A stretch of DNA of 64,000 nucleotides, taken from IMG/VR virus record IMGVR_UViG_3300036768_001066. The stretch is one strand, 5' to 3'. Numbering within the stretch: position 1 is the first letter of the stretch; each line of letters opens with the position of its first letter. Made by a program: the position numbers and the translations under genes. The notes under the pieces are model-generated. The model was not told the origin of the DNA, did not search any database, and saw only the letters and a list, made by a program, of their open reading frames with translations. This DNA comes from a virus. Lineage: Duplodnaviria > Heunggongvirae > Uroviricota > Caudoviricetes. Positions 9,440 through 18,900 of this stretch are shown here, one piece after another.

Positions 9440-10474
9440 TTAAAGAAGGTCGTCGAGCGGGTCAGCAGGGAGAAATAGCGACTTGATTCCTCCGGGAAAG
9501 GCCAGAGGTGCGGCGACCTCAGCACCGCACTTGTCGCATTGACGCTTCAACTCGGTCTTTGCTCCGAATCGAATTTTCTCCGCAATTTTTAAAATGGCAG
9601 ACAGCTTGTAAACGTTCCAGCTTAGGGACTCCTTCTGCATCTGTTGGAATTTTGCCTCGTTGAGAGTGCGCCAGTCGTCGAACAGGAACGGAGCGACTTT
9701 GATGAACGCCTTGTCGTAAAACTCCCTGCGCTGTATCCTCTCCCTGAGGTAATTCTTGATAAACGACGTAACGCCAAGCGATGGGACGTAAAGCTTTATA
9801 GTCCCAGCCTTCTCGCTGTTGATTACGAAACCGCGAGCGTTAGGATCGTAGTACTGCATGAGCTTCGGGTCTATCTTGTAGTACTCGAAGTTCTCCTTCT
9901 TCATCTCGACCTTCTCCTGGAACGATCCGTCACCGAGGCACGTAGCGCCACACCTCACGTTGATGAAAAGCTTATTCTCACCCTCCTTGAATGTGAGCTC
10001 GCGTATCGCGAAGATTATGTAGAAGCGGTCCTCCTCCTTCAAGTCGCGGTATGAAGCATTGCGGTCAGGGAACCTGAGCCTCATGCACTTCTCAACTATT
10101 AAGTTGAGCTTGTCGTCGAGGTCGAGCGGGTCCTGCTCGTCGATAGTAGAGAAGTGACGTATCTCTCCGACGGACGCGGCCTTGATCTCGAGTGTAGTAC
10201 CCTCGGGATAGAACAAACCGTTGCTCGGCAAGTTATCTACCGGCACAGGTTTCCAGCCTGCGTCACCGCCAGGTATCCCCTGTGTTCCCTGGTTCTCAAA
10301 GAAAGTAGACGCCTTGCCAAGGGAAGTCATCTGTTCTGGAACAGGTTCTTTTTTTGGCTTTGTCTCTTCGCTTTTATCGAATGTCATTCCGGATTGCTCC
10401 TCCTTCTCGCGGAGCAGGCGCTTTGCCCTCTCTTCCGGTGTCTCGTTCTGGTTCTGGTTGTGGTTGTTATCCAT
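9440..10474 (-). CDS. Hypothetical protein (344 aa)
   Basis: ORF track. Confidence 0.5.
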   Translation of the reverse strand: MDNNHNQNQNETPEERAKRLLREKEEQSGMTFDKSEETKPKKEPVPEQMTSLGKASTFFENQGTQGIPGGDAGWKPVPVDNLPSNGLFYPEGTTLEIKAASVGEIRHFSTIDEQDPLDLDDKLNLIVEKCMRLRFPDRNASYRDLKEEDRFYIIFAIRELTFKEGENKLFINVRCGATCLGDGSFQEKVEMKKENFEYYKIDPKLMQYYDPNARGFVINSEKAGTIKLYVPSLGVTSFIKNYLRERIQRREFYDKAFIKVAPFLFDDWRTLNEAKFQQMQKESLSWNVYKLSAILKIAEKIRFGAKTELKRQCDKCGAEVAAPLAFPGGIKSLFLPADPLDDLL

Positions 10475-10498
10475 TTCTATTGAAGTTTCTATTTACGA

Positions 10499-11329
10499 TT
10501 ATACCTCAGGCTGGGCATTTGTTCCAGGGTCTGGCCCTATTCTATCTCTTTTGAGCTGGTCGATACGGTCGCGTATCTCCGCGCTCTTCTCATAGTCCTC
10601 GTTTTTGACGGACTCTTCCAGCTCGGCCTCGAGCCTGGCTATCTCTTCCGTCTTTAGGTGCTCCATCTGGGCCACGGACATGTTGAAGTTCTCGCCCTGG
10701 CCTATGTTGGTTATCACCTCCTGAAGCATCGTGCCTGCGCGCATCTCGGGCGTACCGTAGTAGCTTATCTCGAACAGTAGAGCGTGCAGTAGCTCGTACA
10801 GCGTGAACTCCTTGCTTGTAGCGAAGAGCACCGTGTCTATTTGCTTGCCGTCTACCTCGTCTATCTTTGTCACTACGTACTCCTTGTTGAGCACTATGTT
10901 GAGATGCTTGTAAGATGAAATCGCAGCGAGCTCTACCGTGTAAGGCAGCTCATTGTCGGTACCGCCGGCTATGTCCTTGCCCATTGCGCCGAATCTCGGC
11001 GTGTGCACCAGCATCCCGTCTATGATGTTCGCCTCGTGGCAGAACTCGGCATAAAGTAAGTGATCTTCCTTTGGCAGGTCCTTCAGCAGTTCGTCAAGGA
11101 ACGGCTGAAGCGTGTAACCGCCAAGGCTCGACTCCATTGCGAAGCTTATGTCCTCCTGGTAATCTATGAGGTGCCTCAGCACGTCCTCGACCGTAACGTT
11201 ATCCTCTACCTGCACCGTCTCGGTGAGGAAGCGGACAAGGCTCACATCTGTGGAGGAGATATTTACTATCACCTTCATGCCGCCTTTAAAATACTCGTGG
11301 TATATTCTGTCTTTGGATATAATTATCAT
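10499..11329 (-). CDS. Protein with C-terminal UVR (UvrB/UvrC-type) motif
   Basis: LEAELEESVKNEDYEKSAEIRDRIDQL resembles the UVR helical hairpin. Confidence 0.45.
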   Translation of the reverse strand: MIIISKDRIYHEYFKGGMKVIVNISSTDVSLVRFLTETVQVEDNVTVEDVLRHLIDYQEDISFAMESSLGGYTLQPFLDELLKDLPKEDHLLYAEFCHEANIIDGMLVHTPRFGAMGKDIAGGTDNELPYTVELAAISSYKHLNIVLNKEYVVTKIDEVDGKQIDTVLFATSKEFTLYELLHALLFEISYYGTPEMRAGTMLQEVITNIGQGENFNMSVAQMEHLKTEEIARLEAELEESVKNEDYEKSAEIRDRIDQLKRDRIGPDPGTNAQPEV

Positions 11330-11372
11330 GGCCTTACATATTTTATCCGAGCCAAAAAGCGATGTTTCAAAT

Positions 11373-11382
11373 TATATATTCC
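11373..11382 (-). promoter_or_regulatory. Promoter-like motif GAATATATAA upstream of gene 10499..11329
   Basis: Same recurrent motif. Confidence 0.4.
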
Positions 11383-11390
11383 AAATAAAA

Positions 11391-11414
11391 AAGGGAGCCG
11401 TTTCGGGCTCCCTT
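11391..11414 (-). terminator. Rho-independent terminator after tail tube gene
   Basis: AAGGGAGCC-CGAAAC-GGCTCCCTT then TTTTATTT. Confidence 0.65.
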
Positions 11415-11436
11415 TGAATAGTTGCGAGTGGAAAAC

Positions 11437-12006
11437 TTAGATGAACACGTCTTCCCAGTAATCCGCTGCGAACGTAAGAGAAATCATGTATACCTCAGTG
11501 CTCTGGTAATCGAGCTCCATAGGGCTGATAGCAGAGATAGGCCAGATGACCGGCAGACGCACACGACGGTGGATGTCACCCTGACGGTTGAATATCGTGA
11601 TGAGACCGGAACCGATGTAGTCCTTCTTGAGTGCCATGGCGCCAGTCAACGGATTGTACACGAGGTCAGACCATGCACGCAGGGTCTTGAATATGTACAT
11701 CGAGTTAGCGTCATTGAGGTTCACCTCGAAATCGATGGTGATGTCCATCGTGGTCGTTTCTGGCTTAGCACCAGCGTAACGCCTCTTGGCGAACTTGTAG
11801 AACTGCTCAACAGTTCCAGGGTTCTTATCAAGCTCAAGACCTGTAATCTTTTTAACGTGCTCAAGCATCAAGTTCTGGTTGTTGTTACCAGTACCTGGAT
11901 CGATGCCCGTAGGAGGTGTCAGGGACACCTCGAAGAGGTTAAGGTACACAGGCTCGAAGTTAGCCATCGCAGCTTTCGAATTTTTATAGTGGGGCAAGCC
12001 GGCCAT
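11437..12006 (-). CDS. Tail tube protein (T4 gp19-like)
   Basis: N-terminal NLFEVSL and C-terminal TFAADYWE resemble T4 gp19 (NLFQVEIS / LALDYWE); directly downstream of sheath gene; terminator after stop. Confidence 0.75.
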   Translation of the reverse strand: MAGLPHYKNSKAAMANFEPVYLNLFEVSLTPPTGIDPGTGNNNQNLMLEHVKKITGLELDKNPGTVEQFYKFAKRRYAGAKPETTTMDITIDFEVNLNDANSMYIFKTLRAWSDLVYNPLTGAMALKKDYIGSGLITIFNRQGDIHRRVRLPVIWPISAISPMELDYQSTEVYMISLTFAADYWEDVFI

Positions 12007-12036
12007 GGTATTTAGTGTTTAATTTTAGTCCTTTTA

Positions 12037-12046
12037 TTATATATCT
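12037..12046 (-). promoter_or_regulatory. Promoter-like motif AGATATATAA upstream of tail tube gene
   Basis: Same recurrent motif. Confidence 0.45.
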
Positions 12047-12255
12047 GCGAGATTTTACAATCCCACTTCTATTTGTCCTCGTTTTGTTCTGTATCGCAGA
12101 ACTTCTGGTCGGCATGGCCCATGGCTTCGACTAAGTGATATAGGGCTCTCGTTTGCTTCGTGCCCTTCATTTTCGTCCATGCCAAGGCTCCGCCTTTACT
12201 GCGGATTTGTAAAAATCCGCTGCTGCTTAGTTCTTGTTTGCGAGATTCAGTAATC

Positions 12256-12474
12256 TTATCGCATATTTTTGAATCCTATGTGGTCCAGTTTCTGGTCGAT
12301 ATAGTCCGATATGTCGCTCAGTTCGAACCCCTCCTTTAACCATTCCTTTGTCAGGGATGTCAGAAGCTCGTTGAACTGCTTCAAATTCTTCTCGTGAGCC
12401 AGGCCCTCCATACGGTTTAGTGTTTCCTTGCTGATAGCCTCGTTTAGCTGGTCAAATCCTTTGAGATTCTTCAT
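12256..12474 (-). CDS. Hypothetical protein (72 aa)
   Basis: ORF track. Confidence 0.4.
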   Translation of the reverse strand: MKNLKGFDQLNEAISKETLNRMEGLAHEKNLKQFNELLTSLTKEWLKEGFELSDISDYIDQKLDHIGFKNMR

Positions 12475-12575
12475 CTTATTGCTTGTTTTTTTGTTTGGTT
12501 ACTTTTTTGTTTGGTCACTTATATCCGACTCTGGCGTGCCTTCCAGAACTGCTTGAGGTTCTTCATTTATATATA

Positions 12576-13040
12576 TCACGCGTACATTGATTTTATCTTG
12601 GTTATTGTCGCAGCAGTCAGCTCCTCTATCGTGTTGAACGTAGGGATGTTGTACTTGGCGCACGTTATGTCCACGTTGCCCTTGCGGTAGAAGCCTTCCG
12701 GGCAACACACGAGTAGCTTGCCGCTCTGCGCGTGCAGGCCGAGTTCGAGAAGAGTTATAGGAGACTTGGTGTTCGGGTCGAAGTACATTATGATGACGCT
12801 GGCCCTGTCGAGCGCGTTAAGCTCCCACTCCACCTGCTCGCGGAACTGCGGGTTCTCCATCTTCTGCTCCCACGAGGAGTCCCAGTCGTCGCGGCGCGGG
12901 TTGTACACGGCCACATTCTCGTCCTTTAGTAGGTCCTGCACCTTAGTCTGCCAGTCCTCGGCCTTCCCCATCTCTATCGAGCCTGCGAGGAATACGGACG
13001 GACGTCCATCCGTGGGCAATGTTCCCGGAGCTTTGGTCAC
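12576..13040 (-). CDS. Nucleoside 2-deoxyribosyltransferase / DNPH1(Rcl)-like N-glycosidase family protein
   Basis: SVFLAGSIEMG and ITLLELGLHAQSGK match the Rcl/DNPH1 FCGSIRGG and GVGYELG..K motifs; probable GTG start with AGGAG upstream. Confidence 0.6.
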   Translation of the reverse strand: MTKAPGTLPTDGRPSVFLAGSIEMGKAEDWQTKVQDLLKDENVAVYNPRRDDWDSSWEQKMENPQFREQVEWELNALDRASVIIMYFDPNTKSPITLLELGLHAQSGKLLVCCPEGFYRKGNVDITCAKYNIPTFNTIEELTAATITKIKSMYA

Positions 13041-13145
13041 GGAGAAACCTTTCTCCTTCTCTTCCTGGTTGAGATCCTAGAATGCGCGTTCCTCTGCCTC
13101 GGCAAATTTCTCGAACGAACTGAATAGCTTTATCTTCCTCATGAT

Positions 13146-13155
13146 TTATATATCT
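13146..13155 (-). promoter_or_regulatory. Promoter-like motif AGATATATAA upstream of gene 12576..13040
   Basis: Same recurrent motif. Confidence 0.4.
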
Positions 13156-13166
13156 CGTTAAATGAA

Positions 13167-13194
13167 AAAAGCCCGATATTTTCGGGCCTTTTTT
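13167..13194 (-). terminator. Rho-independent terminator after tail sheath gene
   Basis: AAAAGGCCCGA-AAAT-ATCGGGCTTTTTT on minus strand. Confidence 0.65.
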
Positions 13195-13206
13195 CTATGG
13201 CTTGTG

Positions 13207-15900
13207 TTATGCGAACACTGCGAATCCCCCTGAAGATACACCGCCGGTCTTAACAATAGTCACACGGTTGATGAACTTGTGGATACCACGAGCGGGCTCG
13301 ATAATCACGTCTATGATACCGATGTTCTGGTCGATGATCTCGTTCGTGTTGTTGGACGTGTCCATGATTACAGCGAAGTCGTAGATACCGCCTGCCGACT
13401 GAACACCTTCGAGGTAGTTGTCAACCTTGGTCTTGATTTCGAGACGCGTAGCGGGATCGTTGAACTCGAAGAGGTACCTCTCGAGGATAGCCTCGACGTC
13501 GGTCTCTATCGTAACGAGCAAGTCGCGTACGTGGAGATTGTTGAGCGCAGAGTTTACCCTCTGGAATCCGGTCTGGTTTCCGAAGATCTGCACGCCCTGT
13601 CCACGCTTGCGGATGATCGGGTTAAATCCGAACGGCTCCAGGTTCTCGCGGTCTTCGTCAGAGAACTCGTACTCAACACCGACCAGGTTAGGGTCGGAGA
13701 TGATACCGCGCCTTGAACCGGCGACGATAGCGTACGGAGTTCCGGCTATGAACTTCTGTATGAAGTTGTTCGATACGTGGGCCGAAGGCGGAACCGAAAG
13801 GTTCTTGCCGTTGATCCTGAGTATGAGGTTCGGCGAGAAGAATCCGCAGTACTTGTTACCAAGTTCTTCGTCCGGGAGCGAGTAAGTGAAGCTCGGGTTG
13901 AGGCTCAAGTTACCACCCTGTGCTATGTACAGCGTGTTGAGAACCGGTTTAGGGTTCGACGCAGTAGGAGCATCGGTGAACCTTGGGTCAGTGCTGTCGA
14001 GGAACTCCTTCATAGAAGGTGTGTTCAACAGCGCGATACACTTCTGGCGGTCCTTAGCGAGCTTAGACAGCCTCGACTTAGAGTTAGGCTCGAGACCGTG
14101 ATTGAACGTGTCTACGATGTAACGGAAGTCGATTGCGTCCTTGCTCTTGAGGGTCTTTGCAAGATTGGTGTTGTAAAGAACGTCAAGTATCTCGTTCATC
14201 CTCGAGCCAGAGCCGTTAGGCATGTGGGTCTCCTTGAGGGTGAATCCTTGTAGGTAGTAGTACTGAAGCTCCTTAACGTAATCCTGGATCCTCTGGAACC
14301 TCTGGATACGGTTTGAAGCGTAGAACTTGAGTGGCTGGTTTGCGGTGACGCGAACGTTGCCCGCTATGTCGTACTTGGCCATCTTCACGATCCTCGTGAG
14401 GCGCGTGCCAGACGAATCGACCAACAGGTCGCCGACCTTCATCTTAGCAGCGTCTGCAGCTGAGATGATTGCCTCGTTTGAGCCGAGTGCCGGCTTAGAT
14501 GGATCTGAACTTAGCGTGTCGAAGAACTCGTTGTAGTTGCCGTAAAGCGATACAATGTTGAGGTTGGTAGCGACGAGCGAGCCCGAAGTGTTGTACGAAG
14601 TACCGAACAGCGCGATGTTCTCCTGAGACAGGAATGTGTCGCTGTCGTATGCGCGAACTTCCACGTACGGATCGCCGAGGCTATCTGTACCTGCGAAGAA
14701 CTTGAGGAACTGCTTAGTTCCGAAAGCATCCTTAATGATATAGTCGCCATCAGTGATAGTTCCAGTCTTCCAGTCGTTGTAGATGTCGCTTCCTTCTGGA
14801 GCGATTATCACGTCGAATGGCGAGCTGTACACTATGTACGACGGAGAGTAGTCCGCGTATTCATAATCATTAACAAGCGGTGCCTTGTAAGAAAGGAACT
14901 CGAAGCTCCTCTGCAGAGATACCGCGGCATCGATGAGGTGGTGACCCACGAGATCAATCTGGCTTGAGTTGTTTTCTATATCGTCGAGTGCCTTCTTGTT
15001 GATAGACACGAAGAGTCCGCTGACTGCAGTCGTGTTGTTAACGAGGGTCTCGATGAACTGATTAACACCATTCTTATCCTTGAAGTCAGGAATCAAACAT
15101 CCAGTGATCTTAGCCACCAGAGAAATCTCCGGCAGAGATAGGAACTGGTCGAGGAACTCCTTCTTGAAGCCCTTAGCGTTGAAGTACTTGCTGTACACCG
15201 GGTCGATAGACAGGGCAGCAAAGTCAGTCCAGTTTCCTTCGATGGCGATAACGTCGACGAAGTAGTCGTTGATGTAATCGTTATCGTCGAGGAATGCTGG
15301 TCTCTCCTCGGTGGTACCTGCGTACCATTCTTTAACCGTAAGGTCATATCCCTTTATGTCGGATTTCTTGGTTATCACCGAAAGAGGTGTCTTACCGAGG
15401 TTAGTGATGTGGAAGAACTTAGGCTGATCCGCCACAGACACAGTCGCCTGGAAGTATTCAGTATCAGGGAACCAGAAGCGCTCCTTGTTGAAGAACGAAG
15501 AGTACAATCTCGGAGTAAGAACGCCGTTGATTTCTTCTGTATCGATAGAGAAAGACTTGTAGTTGATCTTGTCCGAGTTATCCGGAGAAGTCTCGGTATC
15601 GTCGTTGAGTGCAAGGAGGTTCAGGGCGAACACCGGGCCTGTTGCAAGGCAGGTGAACAATGCTCTGTGGAAGAACGAACCTTTACGCTCGAGCTGCGAA
15701 TCAATATCGCCGAACACTGTCCTGGCGGTCTTGATGTCCGGGCAGAATACCGGGCTGTTGAAGGGACCCTTCTTCGAGAAACCAACAACGAGACGGATAG
15801 TCTGCGGTGTTACGAAAATGTTCTCACTCGCGTCGAATTCAAGAGTGTAAACTCCACTTGCTTTGAATCTGCTGAGGTCCAGTTTAATCTTTTGTGCCAT
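13207..15900 (-). CDS. Tail sheath protein (gp18-like, 897 aa)
   Basis: N-terminal GVYTLEFDAS...GPVFALNL and C-terminal sheath-like domain; followed by tube gene; terminator after stop. Confidence 0.8.
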   Translation of the reverse strand: MAQKIKLDLSRFKASGVYTLEFDASENIFVTPQTIRLVVGFSKKGPFNSPVFCPDIKTARTVFGDIDSQLERKGSFFHRALFTCLATGPVFALNLLALNDDTETSPDNSDKINYKSFSIDTEEINGVLTPRLYSSFFNKERFWFPDTEYFQATVSVADQPKFFHITNLGKTPLSVITKKSDIKGYDLTVKEWYAGTTEERPAFLDDNDYINDYFVDVIAIEGNWTDFAALSIDPVYSKYFNAKGFKKEFLDQFLSLPEISLVAKITGCLIPDFKDKNGVNQFIETLVNNTTAVSGLFVSINKKALDDIENNSSQIDLVGHHLIDAAVSLQRSFEFLSYKAPLVNDYEYADYSPSYIVYSSPFDVIIAPEGSDIYNDWKTGTITDGDYIIKDAFGTKQFLKFFAGTDSLGDPYVEVRAYDSDTFLSQENIALFGTSYNTSGSLVATNLNIVSLYGNYNEFFDTLSSDPSKPALGSNEAIISAADAAKMKVGDLLVDSSGTRLTRIVKMAKYDIAGNVRVTANQPLKFYASNRIQRFQRIQDYVKELQYYYLQGFTLKETHMPNGSGSRMNEILDVLYNTNLAKTLKSKDAIDFRYIVDTFNHGLEPNSKSRLSKLAKDRQKCIALLNTPSMKEFLDSTDPRFTDAPTASNPKPVLNTLYIAQGGNLSLNPSFTYSLPDEELGNKYCGFFSPNLILRINGKNLSVPPSAHVSNNFIQKFIAGTPYAIVAGSRRGIISDPNLVGVEYEFSDEDRENLEPFGFNPIIRKRGQGVQIFGNQTGFQRVNSALNNLHVRDLLVTIETDVEAILERYLFEFNDPATRLEIKTKVDNYLEGVQSAGGIYDFAVIMDTSNNTNEIIDQNIGIIDVIIEPARGIHKFINRVTIVKTGGVSSGGFAVFA

Positions 15901-15935
15901 TCTCTTACGGAGGTTATTTTGGACTTTTATTTTCT

Positions 15936-15945
15936 TTATATATCT
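15936..15945 (-). promoter_or_regulatory. Promoter-like motif AGATATATAA upstream of tail sheath gene
   Basis: Same recurrent motif. Confidence 0.45.
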
Positions 15946-15978
15946 ATGAGCCTTACCGAAAAAGGGTTATTTTCCGGC

Positions 15979-18900
15979 TCAACTCATGAGCCCCGACAAG
16001 AAGTCTGAGTCGTAACTTTTCTGCGGCTCATCCCTCGTACTCGTCAGCTTGTTTGTGATAAGCGTCCTGTACTTCTCATCGAGTCCATCGTATATATTCT
16101 CCACAATCTCGTAATACTGGTCCGAAGAGAAAAAAGGTACGAGATTTACCATGGACATAGCAATGTCGTCATGCCCTATCTGGCTCGAATACGAGCCTTT
16201 CTTGTCCAATCCGAAAGACATCAGCTCGTTGAACGTGTTCTTCTCGCAAGGTATAATCCTTCCGGATCTCACCAAGCGCCTGAATTCCATGCAGTACTCG
16301 TACTTGTTCTTAGGGTTCAGCTTGATGCCAGGGAGCATCCTCTTGGCATTCTCCGAGTGCTTGGTGTGTATGAACATGTCCTCGTAGAACTTGGTGTGGT
16401 TGCTCATGCGCTCGTACAGGAGGTTGCCCTTGAAGTCCATCTCGAGCACTATCTTGACCGCGTCCTCTCCAAACACGTCGTACAGAAGAGTCTCCACAAT
16501 AGGCTGCAGGTCCTCTACGCCGGCCTTATTAGACCTGAACATTCCCACCTGGAGCAAAGACATGAAGTCGCCCTCATCATTTGCGGTGAGCTGCTGCTCT
16601 ATCATCTTCTCCGGCATCGGCACAAGCTTAAAGATGTTCAGTATGGTGTAGTCACCTCCCCCACCTCCGGCCGTATCTATTGTGAAAACGAACCTGTCCG
16701 TATCCTTTATCGTATCAAGATTGAACTTGGGGTGCCACTTGAGGTGCTCGTAGTTGATCTCCTTGTTGTGCAAATCGGTTATCTCGTGCCACACGAATTC
16801 TGTGGTGAGTCTCTTGACCTGACCAAGCGTCTTGTGGTCCAATAATAATTTGGATGACGCGAGGAACTGACAGTTGTGTACCGCACGACCCTCCACGAAA
16901 TAAGAGTTGTCCACCTCGACCTCCAGATTGTAAACCGTGCCGAAATATGGGTATTTTTTCGCAGCTTTGACCTGTCCGGACACGCTTAGTTTGTGGCACC
17001 TTATCCTGCTCTTCTTGTTATCGTTATTAGACGTGGCTTTGTTTATCCGCAATTGGTGGGCTTCATTGGCGAAAACATCTCGGCCGACCACTTTACGGAT
17101 GCCGGATTTATTACCAAACGTTATACTGCATGTATATCCGAGAGCATGCGATAACAATTGCAACTGATAAGCCAACGTGTATGAAACTGTAGTATACCCG
17201 TCGTGCGTCTTGTTCTTATAAAAACCGTCGCCATTTATCAATGTATCATACACGATTTGTTCGTGCCCGGCTATTAACTCAAAGGGTATTTTTTTTTCTA
17301 AAGCTCCAGCTCCGCAGTTTTTAACAAAAAACTCGACAAGGTCGGCATCGTTAACAATTATTTCGGTAGAATTATCCCTGACACGTACATGCACCTTACC
17401 CGAAGATACAGTAGCAAGGCACCGTAGGATCTGGTCCCTGAACCCCGTCTCTTCTTTATGTAAGCCGAAACTGACCTGCGATTTGCGGGCGCATCCCTTG
17501 GCTATGTACCAACCAATCAACAACGCCATATCTTCCGATATGACCTTGGATTTTTTTAGAAGTGGCTTGGCATAACACAGCCAATCTTCTGTACGTATCG
17601 AATCCGCGGAGGTCCACTCGTATCTACGACCTTCCAATACCGTCCGTATCGGGTGTTCGTTTGTGCATTTTATAGGCCGGTTATTCCCGTACGAATAGAG
17701 CTCGTGCAGTTCCCCGTCATACACGCGCTCCGACACCACCTTGACTTTATGGTAGCGATTTGAATGTGTGAGGACTAAATCGCCGGGGTGTATGTCTCTA
17801 ATTGGTTTCACTCCATCGATTGTAGTAACCAAGCTATCACCTGTAAAACATCCATATTCCTGATTGAAGTCCTCCTCCGAACCGAGGTTGCCTATCTCAC
17901 GCCTCATCCACGCCTCATCCCTTCCGGGCACCTGCCACCAGTCTATTCGTATAGGCTTGAACTCGTTCTTGCCCTCGAGCGCGGCGGTGTATATGTCGTA
18001 GAACTTATTCATACCGTTCGGCGTGGACGTTATGACCACCCTTGATATGTTAGACGACGAGAGCGTCGGGTATACGGACCGCCAGAACGGGTCTATGAAG
18101 TTCTGGTGTATGTGAGCAAACTCATCACAGTACAGGAAGTGAATGGCGAAACCGATGGCCGCTGTCTTGGTAGTGTTACGTCCAAAGAGCCTGCACCCAT
18201 TATCGAACTTCATGGTCATCTGGTTGTTCAGTATGATACCAGGCTTCAGGAAAAACGGAAGGTTCTGCAGTATGACCTTTATTTTATCTATGATCTCTAT
18301 GGTGGTAGCTCCCGTATTGGAGAGCACCATAAGGTTCTTGTCAGAGTGGAACAGCAAGTACCACGTAAGGAATATGCCTGTGGTTATAGTATTGTGGGTC
18401 GGAATAAAATGGTCGGTTAAGTACAGATGGTCTTGGTTGTCAACCATTATGCACTGAACGTCTTCATGCCCGTCTAATTCAACAGAAGCTATCCCGCGCC
18501 TGCGACCCCAATCATAATGCTTATCCCGTATAAGGCGTTGCTTTCTGTCCAGCCTGAATATAGGATATGCGAATCCATTCGGGAGCATCAGTTTCAACCT
18601 GTGTGCAGGCAGGCAAGCCACTCGCGTGCCATCCTCTTTGCGGTATCCAGTTTCCTTGACAGAGCGGCACACAACTATGCCGAGGGATTCACACAATTGT
18701 TGTACATCGTCGGCCAACCTCGGCGACGAAGTGGTAAACACTACATTGGACTTTTTAGTAACGTGTCCATTGGTATCCATCAGACCTTGTAATAATGATA
18801 GCCTCTGCTGTATAGAACCATATAAATATATTTCGGGTATGAATTTATGTTCGGACCTCTTGCCCATTAGCCCTAACGATTTTAGCTCCGTTATGACCTC

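Noticed and set aside
9440-9525. Possible programmed frameshift between overlapping ORFs 9440..10474 and 9019..9525 (tail-chaperone-style)
   Set aside because: The overlap is in the +1 frame and no slippery heptamer is seen. The overlapped N-terminal part of the downstream ORF looks non-coding, so an independent start at 9366 fits better.
13040-13143. In-frame TAG between a 21-codon upstream mini-ORF and the DNPH1-like gene (possible stop-codon readthrough given the RF-like gene and tRNAs)
   Set aside because: A GTG start with a good AGGAG Shine-Dalgarno sits right after the TAG and the domain does not need an N-terminal extension. No other gene shows in-frame stops, so this gives no support for recoding.
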